Below are positions 1-12,932 of a DNA stretch of 64,000 bases, one piece after another. The DNA is from Lingula anatina (lineage: Eukaryota > Animalia > Brachiopoda): assembly GCA_051362555.1 (NCBI GenBank), contig CM120644.1, forward strand, positions 1,434,954-1,498,953. Direction: 5' to 3'. The notes beneath the pieces were generated by a model, which ran no database searches, was not told where the DNA came from, and was given only the letters and a program-made list of their open reading frames with translations. Position 1 is the stretch's first letter. The number at the start of each line of letters is the position of its first letter. The translations under genes were made by a program, and so were the position numbers.

Positions 1-451
1 AACAGATGGGTGTGTTTTCTAAAATCCTCATACATGTCTTAAAATGCAAAGAGACCTCCAAAATCCCCACTTAAATCACCGCTGCATACCTTAGGGGAGA
101 CCGGGGCTAGTTGGACCCTGGGGTAAGTTGGCCCCCCGTCAATTTATGAAAAAGTAACTACGAGGTAAAAAAATTGAAATAACGTAAAAAATAACTTGTC
201 TGTCTTCTTATCACAAAGGTGGCCTTTCATTCAGGTCAGGGCACTAGAAATTTTACGAGTGTTCCATTAGATAAAAAGTGCTTGGGGTAAACTGAAAAGA
301 CATTGTTTATTGCAGCACTACAATTTATGGCAGACGATAGGCGTAACCGGGTTGGCATCAATTATATGTAATTGTAAGCTTCAGGACGGTGCGTGAATTG
401 GATGGAAAAGATTGGTACAAATGTAGTTGAACCGGGCGCCTCCGAGATCTT

Positions 452-483
<32 letters not shown>

Positions 484-714
484 GCACACACACACACATA
501 CACACACACAGGGACGTTTAAAAAAACATTCATATTGTCAGGGATGATTTTTTTTAATGCAGCGTATTATGCAATCCCCATTCCAAGCATATAAGATAGA
601 AAATAAAACCAAACAAACAAAAAGGGACATAGCCGATAGTTTATTCACATGTGTGGGCTGATATGCAGTTTTGATAATGAGCTCTCGCAAAACACACAAA
701 AGCACTCACTAGGA

Positions 715-752
<38 letters not shown>

Positions 753-1516
753 AAGAGAGGGAGGGATGGTAGGGGAGAAAGAGAGGATTGACTTGCATGC
801 GTTATAACAATTCCATCATCACAAAAACGTTTCTATCTTCAGTTGTATTAACTGTATTAACAGTTTTTCTTAATTAGCAGATTCGGTGCTTTTTATGCTT
901 AACTTTGACTTAGGCGTTATTTAACGACACCCCCTCCTTCAAGAATAGCTCCCACTGACTACATGTGCATTGGGCGTCCGCCAGTAGTCATTATTTCATG
1001 AACAGAATTATAATGATCACTGGCGGACGCTCAATGCACGTGTGGTCACGGGGAGCGCTGGACTATTTGTACAACTCTTTTCCATCCGATTTATCTACCG
1101 CCTTGAAGCTTACAAGTAAGTATGGCACCAACTCCGAGTATGCCCATTATGTCTATCAAAGTCTTTCCATTGTGCCCCAGGCGCTTCTTATCTAATGAAA
1201 CACTCGTAAATATGTCTTACCCTCACCTGTCGTAACTTCTGAATGAATGAGTGACTTGCCAACTTTGAAGATACTTGGTATCTGAAACCAAAGTAAGTGA
1301 TAATTCATTTCACGTGTGTCCTATTTAGCCATTCCTACCTTCACACATATCTTAAGGCAAAGTATTCGGTTCCAAAATACAATAATTACGCATTCGTTTT
1401 GTATTTTGGGACGTTATGAAATAGCTGCCTTGGTTAAGTTTTGACAGACTTCGACGTCCGTCAAGGTCCGAGTCCCACTCCTAAAGTCCGCAGACGACAT
1501 CTCTTTTCAGGCCAAG

Positions 1517-2793
1517 ATGATGAAGTTCGTTCTATTCGCTGCTCTCCTGACCGTGGCAGCCGCCATGTATTGGGAAAGTCTTGGTCAAAGGTGAGAGAGA
1601 GAGAGAGAGAGAGAAAGAGAGATTAGTGAAGGATCCATACATGTTGTGAATTCTAGCTGCAACAGACAGTTCATCTGGACGACCATGTTTTTTTTTTACC
1701 AATGTAAATATTGTTTCGGGAAATTTCGATTTTTCTTATGATTTTTTAAAATACTATGGGACTTGGATACTATTGGACTTACTTAGGCGTTGATAATGCT
1801 TTCAAATAGTATTTTGCCGCTTTTGACTTTATAGGTATTGTACATAGCTAAACAGGTCGTTCTCCAGTCTTCTCCGCTAGTCCATTTCCCCCTCAAAATA
1901 CATGTCCAGTTGTAAAGGCCCTAAGGCTTATACAACAAAATCGAGATATTAGAAATGAGACAAAACCTGTGGGGTTTATTTTTTATATTGAAAACTATAG
2001 GTTCCTGTTTTTATAAGGCCTCTTTAAGCAGTCAAAGTCATTTGAAAAGTAGGATTTGAAAAGTTGTCTTTTATAATTTGAATTAGGACTTACTACGGCT
2101 ATCAACCAGACAGATATGGATATGGTTATAAACCAGACGACTATGGCACCAACAGCGGATATCGCAGCTACGGGTACAACAGCTATGCAGGGGTAGGGTA
2201 TAACTACAACAGAAGGAACGGATACACTGGATACGTACCAAGGCCTTATAACCTAATGTGAGTTTAATGTTGACATTTTGATTTTGTTATATAATTTACT
2301 GTATCTTTTTTACCTAGAACATGTATAATCTGGTTTCTCCGACTAAAAAAGTATGAAAATTATGTATGACATTCAGGAATAAACATTATAACATTTTTGA
2401 ATGTTTTTGTACCTTTTCTAACTCATCTTCGTAATAAGGCAGAATAATTGTTCCCATTACTATAGAAAGACGACAAAGGAATGAATAACTTCTCAGTACT
2501 CTTTGCGTTTTTTAACAGCATTACATATGTTTGCTGCAAGTGTTATGTTAGACATACTTATACACGTGTTTGTGTTTGAATAACTGAAGATATAGGCCCT
2601 AACTACAAGAGGTGATTGCACATACTGGTATGTGTACATACAAATACATGTATATTTGACAAATTTTGCAGGGAGGACTATTGCTTATGGTATCATATAA
2701 TACAATCTGTGTTAAATGATAATTAACACAAAATAGCTGTCGTTTTCTTCTATGACCATCTAAACGAAGTTTTCTTTTAATTCCAGGCACTGA
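1517..2793 (+). CDS. Secreted Gly/Tyr-rich peptide, copy A1 (exons 1517-1590, 2087-2257, 2787-2793; ~83 aa)
   Basis: Spliced translation MMKFVLFAALLTVAAA-MYWESLGQRTYYGYQPDRYGYGYKPDDYGTNSGYRSYGYNSYAGVGYNYNRRNGYTGYVPRPYNLMH*. Hydrophobic signal peptide; phase-2 GT-AG introns (ag|gtgaga, aattag|g, at|gtgagt, ttccag|g); AATAAA at 2987-2992; last exon homologous to the 3' exon of the B genes. Confidence 0.85.
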
Positions 2794-4067
2794 AAATGCA
2801 CCTTTCCTTCACTCTGCAGCGTTCAGCGAAGGATATGACGACACCAGCCGTGTGATTTGTACTTTACAGTTGCTCTCACATATACTACCAAATGCTTGGA
2901 AGACTTTTTCCGAGTGAATAGACTGATGCAATTTCGAAACTTAGTCTGGACCTATTTATCTTCAAAATGTTTGTCATTGCCTAAGAAATAAAGCATAAAA
3001 CCTGTCCCAAATAGTCTCTGTTTTGACTCCTACATCAATGAAAACGATTGACAAAAGTTAAAGACATAAATATGTTGATGCTCATATATATGTAAATCAA
3101 TCCGACTTTAACTCGTGTATGAGGTAACACATACAATTACGGGTTCTAAAATAACTTCAATAACCTAACTAAGTACGTTGTTTATCATAGAGATTGTGCC
3201 ACAACTGAAAAATAATATAAGGACTTCACAAGCCATCAGCATTCTCTCAAAGATGGGCTCGTGTTTATGGTGGAGCTGTAGTCACGGTAGTTTGACTTTA
3301 TGGAGAATTTCAAAACAAATTTATTCAGAACTATTCTCATCGTTAGTCTTTATGTTCATATTAGCTTTGTTATTTATATTTTGAGTTGGTTCCGCACAGT
3401 GTAACTGTTCTGTTTATCTAGCAGCGTTCCTCACAATCTTAATCCACACCCCCTACTTTCAAGTGAATTAATTTAACCTTTGTTGATAACGGTATCCTCA
3501 TTAAGTGCCACAATTTTTTCACTTGGTCTTTACTTTAAGTTAAATGATATTTGACTGAAGCACGATGTAAAAGAAATGTAAAATACCATGAGATGTGCTA
3601 GTATTAAAGGGATGGATATTCTTAGTGAGCCAAACACAAAGGAAAATGTGAAAATCTTTGACGTAGCTGTTCAACGTTCAGAAGTCTATACGATATCCAA
3701 TATTTGTTTAAGCTAAAATAGACGGCTTATAATAAATGACTAACCGTATACACGACATAAAGACAGTGAAATTAACGTAGTATCTGACAGTGGGCCACCT
3801 TTGAGCATTGTAACGCGCACGTAGTTATCCTTCCAAATAGAAAGTCTTTTGAAAATTCGATGATATAAAAAGATGATATAATGAGGTAATAAAAAAACAT
3901 CGGCCGTTTATCGTTAGTGTTGTTTCTCTATTTCTAGACAAGTCTGAAACTGTGACACCTTACATAGAGGGCCAATTCTGCAAATATTTTAAAGGACGGC
4001 CATCTGTTTGTGATTCTCTAATTAAACTATGGGAGTTCTATTTCGAAAAGAATTATCTGATATTTTT

Positions 4068-4401
4068 ATTGCTTCCGGAAATCAACAGTCACAATCTATC
4101 ACCAATTAATACCTACAATGCTTCCCATTACACCAGTCACAATCTATCACCAAATACTACCCACATTGCTTCCGAGCACACCAGTCACAATCTATTACCA
4201 AATACTACCAACATTGCTTCCGAGCACACCAGTCACAATCTATCACCAAATACTACCCACATTGCTTCCGAGCACACCAGTCACAATCTATCACCAAATA
4301 CTACCAACATTGCTCCCAAGGTCATCAGTAACAATTTATCTCCAAATACTACCCACAATGCTTCCTAGCACACCAGTCACAATCTATCACCAAATACTAC
4401 C
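4068..4401. repeat. 48-bp minisatellite (~7 units)
   Basis: Unit cacattgcttccgagcacaccagtcacaatctatcaccaaatactacc. Confidence 0.95.
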
Positions 4402-4870
4402 ATGCGTGTTTATAAAGAGTATCAGGCATGCTCTTGGCACTTTCTTTGTATGACACTGATGATTGTGTTATAGTAAACAATGTCAAAATACATAACTAGA
4501 TAACCACTCAGAGAACTAACGCAGACCTACGTAAATGAAACGGCATAAAAGTTTATTCTTTTTTATTGTTATTTGGAGGAAACTTCGGGTGTTTTATTGT
4601 GATTGGTAAGTTTTCAATACCGCATGTAAAGTTTACTTTCTTAAGAGAATCTTGTAAGAAAGTATATAAAGACAATTGCAAAAGCATACACTGTGTCTTC
4701 CTTGACGTAGGCCATAACGATCCGTGATAGTGGTGCCATTATTAATTAAGCGTCAGTTTGAATAATGCTTTGTCTTCTAAGAAATACATTTAGTCGTGGT
4801 GTCTTCTGGTAATTAAATAATTAATTCAAACATGTTTTCTTAACGTGCTTGTACTATGGGTAAAATATAA

Positions 4871-4968
4871 CCTAGCAGACAAACGACATTGATTCACCGT
4901 TTAATCAACGTTAATTTTTGTGGATTAACGTTGATTCAACGTAGAATCAATGTCGTTTGCCTGCTGCG
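4871..4968. mobile_element. 98-bp palindromic MITE, copy 1
   Basis: cctagcagacaaacgacattgatt...aatcaatgtcgtttgcctgctgcg; absent from the paralogous site at ~16115 (aaaatataactttc); ata/ataa duplicated. Confidence 0.85.
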
Positions 4969-6350
4969 ATAACTTTCTTTTAACTTTTACAAGCATTTAG
5001 AATAAAATCAGTGAAGGTTAATTTTTAATAAAAAAACACATTCGAGTGTCTCTGTATTTCGCCAGGCCATGAACTTAGAAGCTTGGTATTTTAGTTAAGA
5101 AAAATAAGTCTATTCTATTTTACATATGTAAATACAAGGTCTTCAGTTGGTCTCTTTGATGCGGAAACAGTTATTTATAGAGTCCTTATTACAAAAACTC
5201 TGGCATTTACAATGTGTACTTCAAAGAGGGAGGTTCTGTTTCTGATGAGGAACGTTGCCTCGAGAAAAGGGCCAACGCTTACATGGCATGTGTTGGCATA
5301 TTTTAAAGAAATAGTATACAACAGTTCTCTTGACGAAAGTGGTTGTCTAAAGTGGTTGTCAAACCCCTGTTTTTTTTGTCATTAACATCAACATGTCTTT
5401 AAAACACGGCTGTACCATGTTGCAGATACATGTTTAATCGCGAGACATGCAAGAGAAACAACAGACACGATTATGATACACATTTCTGTGGATTGCTGTA
5501 ATGGGCTTTTAAATATGATCCCTGTTTATGTGACCTTTTAAATAAATATTCTCTTAAATAAAAACGCTCATAATTCCCATGGACATTTACAATCTATATT
5601 GGTTTAAAAAGACTAAAAACAAAATGACATCTTCATCACATATTTTATTGCATAAGCGTTGAAAAATTTCATACATGTAATACAGAATATGTTTCCAAAT
5701 TGCACCGGTCTATTTATGGGCAAAAGCAGTAAAGATATTTAGAATGATATGAGCAAGGATCTGTTTGGTATGGGTCACGTGGTGGATGTCGTCATATCCG
5801 GCTGTGCACACTGCAGAATAAAGGTTATCCGCAGCATCTGTTTCTGGAATATACAAAAAAAAATGATCGATAATGTCATTTAGACACGGTGCGGGTCACG
5901 GTTGCTATTAAAAACGGACCAATACATGACTTAATGACTAGACAATTGTCTAAAGTCTCTTCCTTCAGATCAATTCAGTTCAATGCTTTTAACCCTTTGT
6001 TGTACTTATTGGCGGAGACTATCAAGACTATGAAGGCGGAGACTGTGTCGACACCTGCCAACTTGGAGCTTTTTACCAGATTGGTGGCACACATTTGGAT
6101 CTTGACTGGAGCACAATTCAGATAAATGATACAGAATAGGTCGGTTCGGTTTTAACATTCGGACGACCATTGCAAGTTATATCATATTTACAGACTGTTA
6201 ATTAAAACTCGTTTATCATCTTTTTTTATTTTCTGACTAGTTTTAACTAGCTATTAGGAAACATGTAGTAAGCTGACGTTTACATGTATTAAGCTGAATT
6301 ACACAATCGTGAATAAACTGTAAAATGTGAATGAAAACGAAATCTTACCA

Positions 6351-6905
6351 CTAATATTTCCATGGGGTATATGATCCCTTCTTTCCTCCGTATTGAGGCT
6401 TTCCGTATCCAGCACCTTTGTATCCATAGCCTCCATATCCGTACCCTTGGTCATAATTCATGTAGCTGCTGTAGCCATTTCCATATCCGCCGGGTTGATA
6501 TCCATAGTGAGTCCTTTTACAAAATAAAGTAAGAGATATAACTTTTCAATTTCATTGGGATAAAACTATCAATATCAAAGAAGAAAACGTCGCCTGTCAG
6601 TCTGCCAGTCTTCAGTGGCACTCTGCTTATTAGACGTGCAGTAAAGGCTGAGCGTATCATTTTCTCTATAAAATGATCATTTCTTCCCTTGTTTTGTCTC
6701 GATTCTCGAGCGCTGAACAAAATGAAACCACAACAGTAACTTGGTTCTAAACAATAGTTAGCTAGGCAATTTCAACAGCTACTTATTAAAAGAAAACAGA
6801 CTGTCCGGATCAACCCCCTTTTTAATTCCAATTGCACTGTTAGATGAACTGAATGTAAATAAGATTAAATCACCAAACAAGCAATGATACCGTAGTAAAT
6901 CTCTT

Positions 6906-6940
<35 letters not shown>

Positions 6941-6948
6941 TACACAAC

Positions 6949-6986
<38 letters not shown>

Positions 6987-7058
6987 TTTACTCCCAGAGT
7001 CCCACCAATTGGCGGCTGTCACGGCCACGAGAGCAGCGAGTAGAATCAGCTTTATCAT
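6351..7058 (-). CDS. Secreted Gly/Tyr-rich peptide, copy B1 (coding exons 7058-6985 and 6513-6351; non-coding exon 5843 to ~5630; 78 aa)
   Basis: [82 protein letters not shown] box upstream; phase-2 intron; gtaag donor 2 nt after the stop; AATAAA at 5649-5644. Confidence 0.9.
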
Positions 7059-7150
7059 CTTGGCGGAAAGAACTGTCGTCTGCCTACTGTTGAAGTGTGA
7101 CTTGGAGCTTGATTAAAGTCGAAGTCTGTCAAAACTGGACCAAGTCAATC

Positions 7151-7158
7151 TTTTTATA
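7151..7158 (-). promoter_or_regulatory. TATA box of B1
   Basis: TATAAAAA about 30 nt upstream of a conserved ttttgacagact motif that is shared with the A genes at the same spacing. Confidence 0.7.
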
Positions 7159-7901
7159 CCGACCTGAAACACAAAACGATTTGGTAATTATTAGCCCTTC
7201 AGTAGTTTGCCTTAAGCTATTTGTGACAAATGTCTGGATGTTAATTAGATATAAGACACATACGGAATAATCATGTTCGCAACGCATAATCAAACTGCCA
7301 AATTTAATTATTCCTATTTTTAAGCAGTCAGTGCTTATTACAATGGTAAAAATCAAGAGCAAAATGAAGACTAAGGTAGAAAAATGCCCAAACTGCTCTT
7401 AGCAGTTATGCTTTCTCCTTTTTCGGTATTGTAAAATACGGCAGTCAAAAATTTAATTTAAAAGTAATATTTTGTCGGTCTTTAAATTATGACAGAGTTG
7501 ATAAAGCGTTTTGTTATAAATTAAAGTCATGATGTTTTAAACTCAGAACCATGCAACAAACCCGCGTATCCATGACATTCACCTAGCAAATGATAAACTG
7601 CAATTTCTGCTGATAGATGAATAATACCAATACTGGGAATCGAGAAAAACACCAATCTGTCTCCTCGTTACAACGATGGCAAGACTAGCTTTATTATTAA
7701 TTCTGGTGAGAAGTTACAACAGGTTAAGACACTATATTTTACGACCTTTTCATTGGATAATAATTCCCTGCCTCGGGTGGATTTAAAAGAACTTTTATGT
7801 TACAGACTTACATAACAGGGTTGGTGCCAATAAGATGTGCGTGTCTGCTTTAAGGCATACTGGTACCTGAACTTGATGTATAAGTGTGGTGACTTCAATC
7901 A

Positions 7902-7948
<47 letters not shown>

Positions 7949-8234
7949 ACTTAGATAAGACACCATCGGCAAGAAATATAATTTTTCAAGAGATGGGTAA
8001 ACTTTCTGAAATCCTCATATCTGTCTTAAAATACAAAGAGACCTCCACAATTCCCCTTTATGTCACTGCTGCATACCATAGTTGTCCCTCTACGAATTCT
8101 AAAGAAATTTGAGAAGGGAAGATAATGTGCCGAAACTCCGCGTTACATCATTGTTACAAGAAAAGGAATTGGAATTGGATGGAAAAGATTGGTACAAATG
8201 TAGTTGAAGCGGACGCCTCCGAAATCTCTCTCTT

Positions 8235-8305
<71 letters not shown>

Positions 8306-8979
8306 CACACACACACACAGGGACGTAAAAAAACGTTCATATTGTCAGGAATGTTTTCTTTTTTAATGCAGTGTATTATGCAATCCTCATTCCAAGCATA
8401 TGAGATAAAGATAAAACCAAACAAACAAAAGGGACATTTTTTTATAGCCGATAGTTTATTCCCATATGTGTGATAGATAGGCTGGTATGCGATTAAGATT
8501 CATTCACCTCTACTAGTTTATTAAAGCATTGCCTATGTGAAAATGGAACAAAGCCGCATTTGATAATGAAGTATCGAAAAACACACAAAAACACGCACTG
8601 ATGTGTGTGTGTTTGTGTGTTTGGGAGAGAGAGAGAGAGACAGAGAGAGAGAGGGAGAGAGAGGGAGGGAGGGGAGAGAGAGAGGATTGACTTGCATGTG
8701 TTATAACAATTCCATCATCACAAAAAAATAGGTGGAAAAACGTTTCTATCTTCATTTGTATAAAATGTATTAACAGTTATTCTTAATTAGCAGAGTCTTT
8801 AATGCATTCTATGCTTTTTTTGACTGAGGCGTTATTTAACGACTCTCCCCTCCTTCAAGATATGTCCAGCGCTCCGGCTGACTAGACGTGCATTGGGCGT
8901 CCGCCAGTAGCCATTCTGTTATGAATTGAATCAGAATGATCACCTGAACTTGATGGGTAAGTGTGGTTACTTCAATCAG

Positions 8980-9035
<56 letters not shown>

Positions 9036-9708
9036 AGATAAAACATGCCGTCCAAATCACTGACCAAAATATAATTTATCAACAGATGGGTGTGATTTCT
9101 GAAATCCTCATACATGGTTTAAAATGCAAAGAGACCTCCAAAATTCCCACTTATGTCACCGCTGCATACCTTTGTTGTCCCTCTTCGAATTCTAATGAAA
9201 TTTGAGAAGGAAACAAAATGTGCCCAAACGCTGCATTACTTCATTGTTACAGGAAAAGGAGATTTCCAATAACATACTGTCAAGGAGAAGCAGTTGAGTG
9301 GTAATTTTCCAGGTCTCAGAAAAGATACTATTTCATCTTAGCAAACTTATTTCCTTTTTTCTTTTTTTTTTTCAAAAGCAACTAATAGTGGCGAACCAAT
9401 GCTAATGAACTTGATGAATGCTGCTAAATAAACAATACCCAATGAAAATAACGTAAAAAGAATAACTTGTCTGTCTTCTTATCACAAAGGTTGCAAGTCA
9501 TTCAGGTCAGAGCACAACCATTTTTACGAGTGTTTCATTAGATAAAAGTGCTTGGGGTAAACTGAAAAGACTTTTTTTATTGCAGCACTACAATTTATGA
9601 CAGACGATAGGCTTAAACGGGTTGGCATCAATTATGCAATTGTGAGCTTCATGGCGGTACGTGAATTGGATGGAAATGGCACAAATGCAGTTAAACCGGC
9701 CGCCTCCG

Positions 9709-9742
<34 letters not shown>

Positions 9743-10263
9743 TTTCACACAGGGACGTAAAAACGCTCATATTGTCAGGAAAGGAATGAATTTTTAAAAT
9801 GCAGTGTATTATGCAATCCTCATTTCAAGCATATAAGATAAAAATAAAACCAAACAAACAAAAGGGCTATTTTCTTCTTAACCGTATACTTAAGAAAGCT
9901 CGATACATGCAAACTTTAATTCATTCATGATAGTTTATTCCCATATGTGTAAAAGATTGGGCTAGTATGCGATTTAGCATTCATCTCTACTAGTTTATTA
10001 AAGCATCGCCTATGTGGAAATGGAACATAGCCGCATTTATTTCATAATGAACTCTCGCAAAACACATAAAAACACACACTGAGAGAGTGTATGTGTGTGT
10101 GTGCGTGCTGGTCTGCTATGTGTGTGTGATTGAGAGGGAGGGATTAGAGAGAGAGGATTAACTTACATGCATTAGCTGATTCAATGTGTCCTTTGCTTTA
10201 CTTTGGCTTAGGCGTTATTTAACGATACACCCCTCCATCAAGATAGCTCCAGTGCTCTCACGT

Positions 10264-10270
10264 TATAAAA
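10264..10270 (+). promoter_or_regulatory. TATA box of A2
   Basis: TATAAAA at the same spacing to ttttgacagact as in the B genes. Confidence 0.65.
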
Positions 10271-10365
10271 TAGCTGCCTTGGTTAAGTTTTGACAGACTA
10301 CGTCGTCCGTCAAGATCCGAGTCCTTCTCCTAAAGTCCGCAGACTACATCTCTTTTCAGGCCAAG

Positions 10366-10438
10366 ATGATGAAGTTGGTTCTATTCGCTGCTCTCCTAAC
10401 CGTGGCCGCCGCCATGTAAAGGGAAAGTGTTGGTCAAA

Positions 10439-10480
<42 letters not shown>

Positions 10481-12932
10481 GTGAAGGATCCATACATGTT
10501 GTGGATTCTAGCTGCAACAGACAGTTCATCTTATGGTGCATTTAGAGTTAGTAAACAATCTGGAAGACCATGCATTTTTATTTTATTGTTCTGGGAATTA
10601 TCTTTGTCTGGGTCGAAGGTTCGATTTTTCTCATGATTTTTTAAATACTATGGAACTTGGATAACATATGACTTGGCGTAGATAATGCTTTCAAAAAGCA
10701 TTTTGCCGCTTTTGACTTTACAGGTATTGTACTTAGTTTGTAAACGGGTTTAGTAGGGGAGCCAAGGCTAAAAAAATGGCGAAAAAATTTTTATGATATA
10801 AAATTTTCGAATATATGGTCGGATAGCCTGATATCTGAGGTTTATGACTCTGCTTATTGGACAAATGGGCTCAATTGCGAAAGAGCCCAAAAATCCAAGA
10901 TGGCCGCCATCCCTTATGAATATGCAATAAACGCATAAATTGTGAAAAATGCTTGATATTTTCAATTTGTTTCAGGGTAGATGTTTTTTATTGTCCATAC
11001 ATTGTGGAAATATGTACTATCTGATGATCTGTAGCAGGAATTGATCAATTGGATTCAAAATGGCGCTCTATTCAAGATGGCGGCCAATATTTCAACATTT
11101 TTTGCAATTAAATCATCTTTTCATTGATCTAGAATTTATTTCAAACATGATATGAGCAAACATTTATCAAATAAAGATTCCCTCTGCTATTACCTGCATT
11201 TGTACCATCTATGTATAGTATAGAGGCTTTGTGATTGCAAAAAAATCCTATATGGCCGCCACACACGCCTTACCATTATGAGTAAAGGGTACCATCTGTC
11301 TTTTATAGAAAAGTTCAAATATCTACTTTAATGAAGCGAATGCTATTTCTGTTTTACAACTTTTGGGTAAAGAGGAATAGTTTCAATATTTTAAAGGCAA
11401 ATTCAAAAAGCTACCTCAATCCAAGATGGCTACCTTATCCAAGATGGCGGTCAAATTTTCACAAGTTTTAACAATGAAGTCATGTTTTCTGTAATCTAAA
11501 ATGACTTTCAATCAATTTACTATCTGAATACAGAATTTAAGTTTGATGATTAGAGAAAATTCAATATGGCTGCCACACACCCCTTACCAACATGAGACAA
11601 AGGCAAAACATGTATCATATCAAAAGTTGGTATATCTGATTTAATAAAGTACATTATACTTTCATTTTATAATATTTGGGTAAAGTACACTTGTTTTAAT
11701 TTTATAAAGGTTAATTACAGACTGCCTATTAATCCAATATGGCCACTCTTTCCAAGTTGGTAGCCAAAATTTTACCAATATTGCAATTTAATCCTTTTTT
11801 CTTTAAGTCAGAATTTCTTTCAATCTTTTAGAAGCAAAATTCCATAAAATATAGATACTCTACCCTAATAACTGCATTTTTACTATGTATATACAAAATG
11901 AAGGCTTAATGCTTATAGAAACGCACAATATGGCAACCATAAATCCCTTATACCATTACCCTCATTTGGATTTTTCTCTTCATCAAAAAGCCTCCATTGT
12001 GCATGCAGACAACAGAAATGTGTGAAATATTATAGAAAAGCTATACATGTATGTGATGACAGTTTGCTTATATCATGGTTATAAGAAATTCTAGATTTAA
12101 GAAAACATGACTTAATTGCAAAAATTAGTGAAATATTGTCCTCCAGCTTGGATGAAGCGGCCATTTTGAATCCAGTTGACAAATTATTGCTACAGATCAC
12201 CAGGAGGTATATAATTCCACAATATATACACAATAAAAGTATTCTACACTTCAGCAAAGAAATAATATTAATCACTTTTTATAACTGATGCTAGTTCTGT
12301 GCATTCACCATGGATGGCGGCCATCTTGGATTTTGGGGCACTTTCGCAATTGAGCTCATTTTTCTAATAAGCAGTTGCATAAACCCCAGGTATTAGGCTC
12401 TTCAATGATATGTTTGGAATTTTTATGTCATTAAATTTCTTTTACTACCCTATTTTGAAGACTTTTGGAGTTTGGTTCACCTACTACTTGTTCTCCACTC
12501 TGCTCTCTTCTGCTTATCTTCCCAAAAATATACGTGCCCAGTCGTAATGACCCTGAGGCTTATACAACAAAATCAAAATATTAGAACTGAGACAAAACCT
12601 GGGACAAATCCTTTTGATTCTTTTTTATATTGAAAACGTAAGGGTCCTGTTTTTATAAGACCTCTTTTTGCAAGATCAAAAGCAGCAGAAATTATTTGAA
12701 AATTAGGAATTGAAAAGTATTTTTGTATGAAAATTAAAAACCGTCTGTTTTATTTTCATTAAGGACCTACATGTATGGCTATCAACCAGACAGATTTGGA
12801 CATGGTTATAAACCAGACGACTATGGCACCAACAGCGAATGTCGCAGCTACGGCTACAACAGCTATGCAGGGGTGGGGTATGACTACAGCAGAAGGATAC
12901 ACTGGATACGTACCAAGGCCTTATAACCCAAC
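10366..12932 (+). pseudogene. Gly/Tyr-rich peptide pseudogene A2 (exons 10366-10439, 12764-12932)
   Basis: Paralog of A1 with TAT>TAA at codon 18 (10417-10419), a 5-nt deletion in exon 2 (agaagg-atacac versus agaaggaacggatacac), a transposon in intron 1 and no recognisable third exon. Confidence 0.85.
10751..12486. mobile_element. Non-autonomous TIR DNA transposon, Academ-like, in intron 1 of A2
   Basis: Ends tagtaggggagccaa / ttggttcacctacta; long imperfect inverted arms; repeated caagatggcg/cc motifs; empty site in A3 intron at ~22068 (gggttgttctcc); flanks gtt/ctt. Superfamily inferred from TAG ends and a 3-bp TSD. Confidence 0.8.

Noticed and set aside
91-141. taggggagaccggggctagttgg, a transposon-end-like insert (also ggggccgtattctcgaa at ~49022)
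   Set aside because: Only one end is visible and no matching inverted repeat or TSD was found, so it was not annotated.
1441-1626. Conserved-looking ORFs MTDFDVRQ... (also 10290, 21617 and 18059)
   Set aside because: Alternative-frame read-through of the 5'UTR and signal-peptide exon of the peptide genes, starting at non-ATG codons.
4068-4401. 48-bp arrays (also the 65-bp and 160-bp arrays) as CRISPR arrays
   Set aside because: Head-to-tail units with no unique spacers, no cas genes, and a eukaryotic context.
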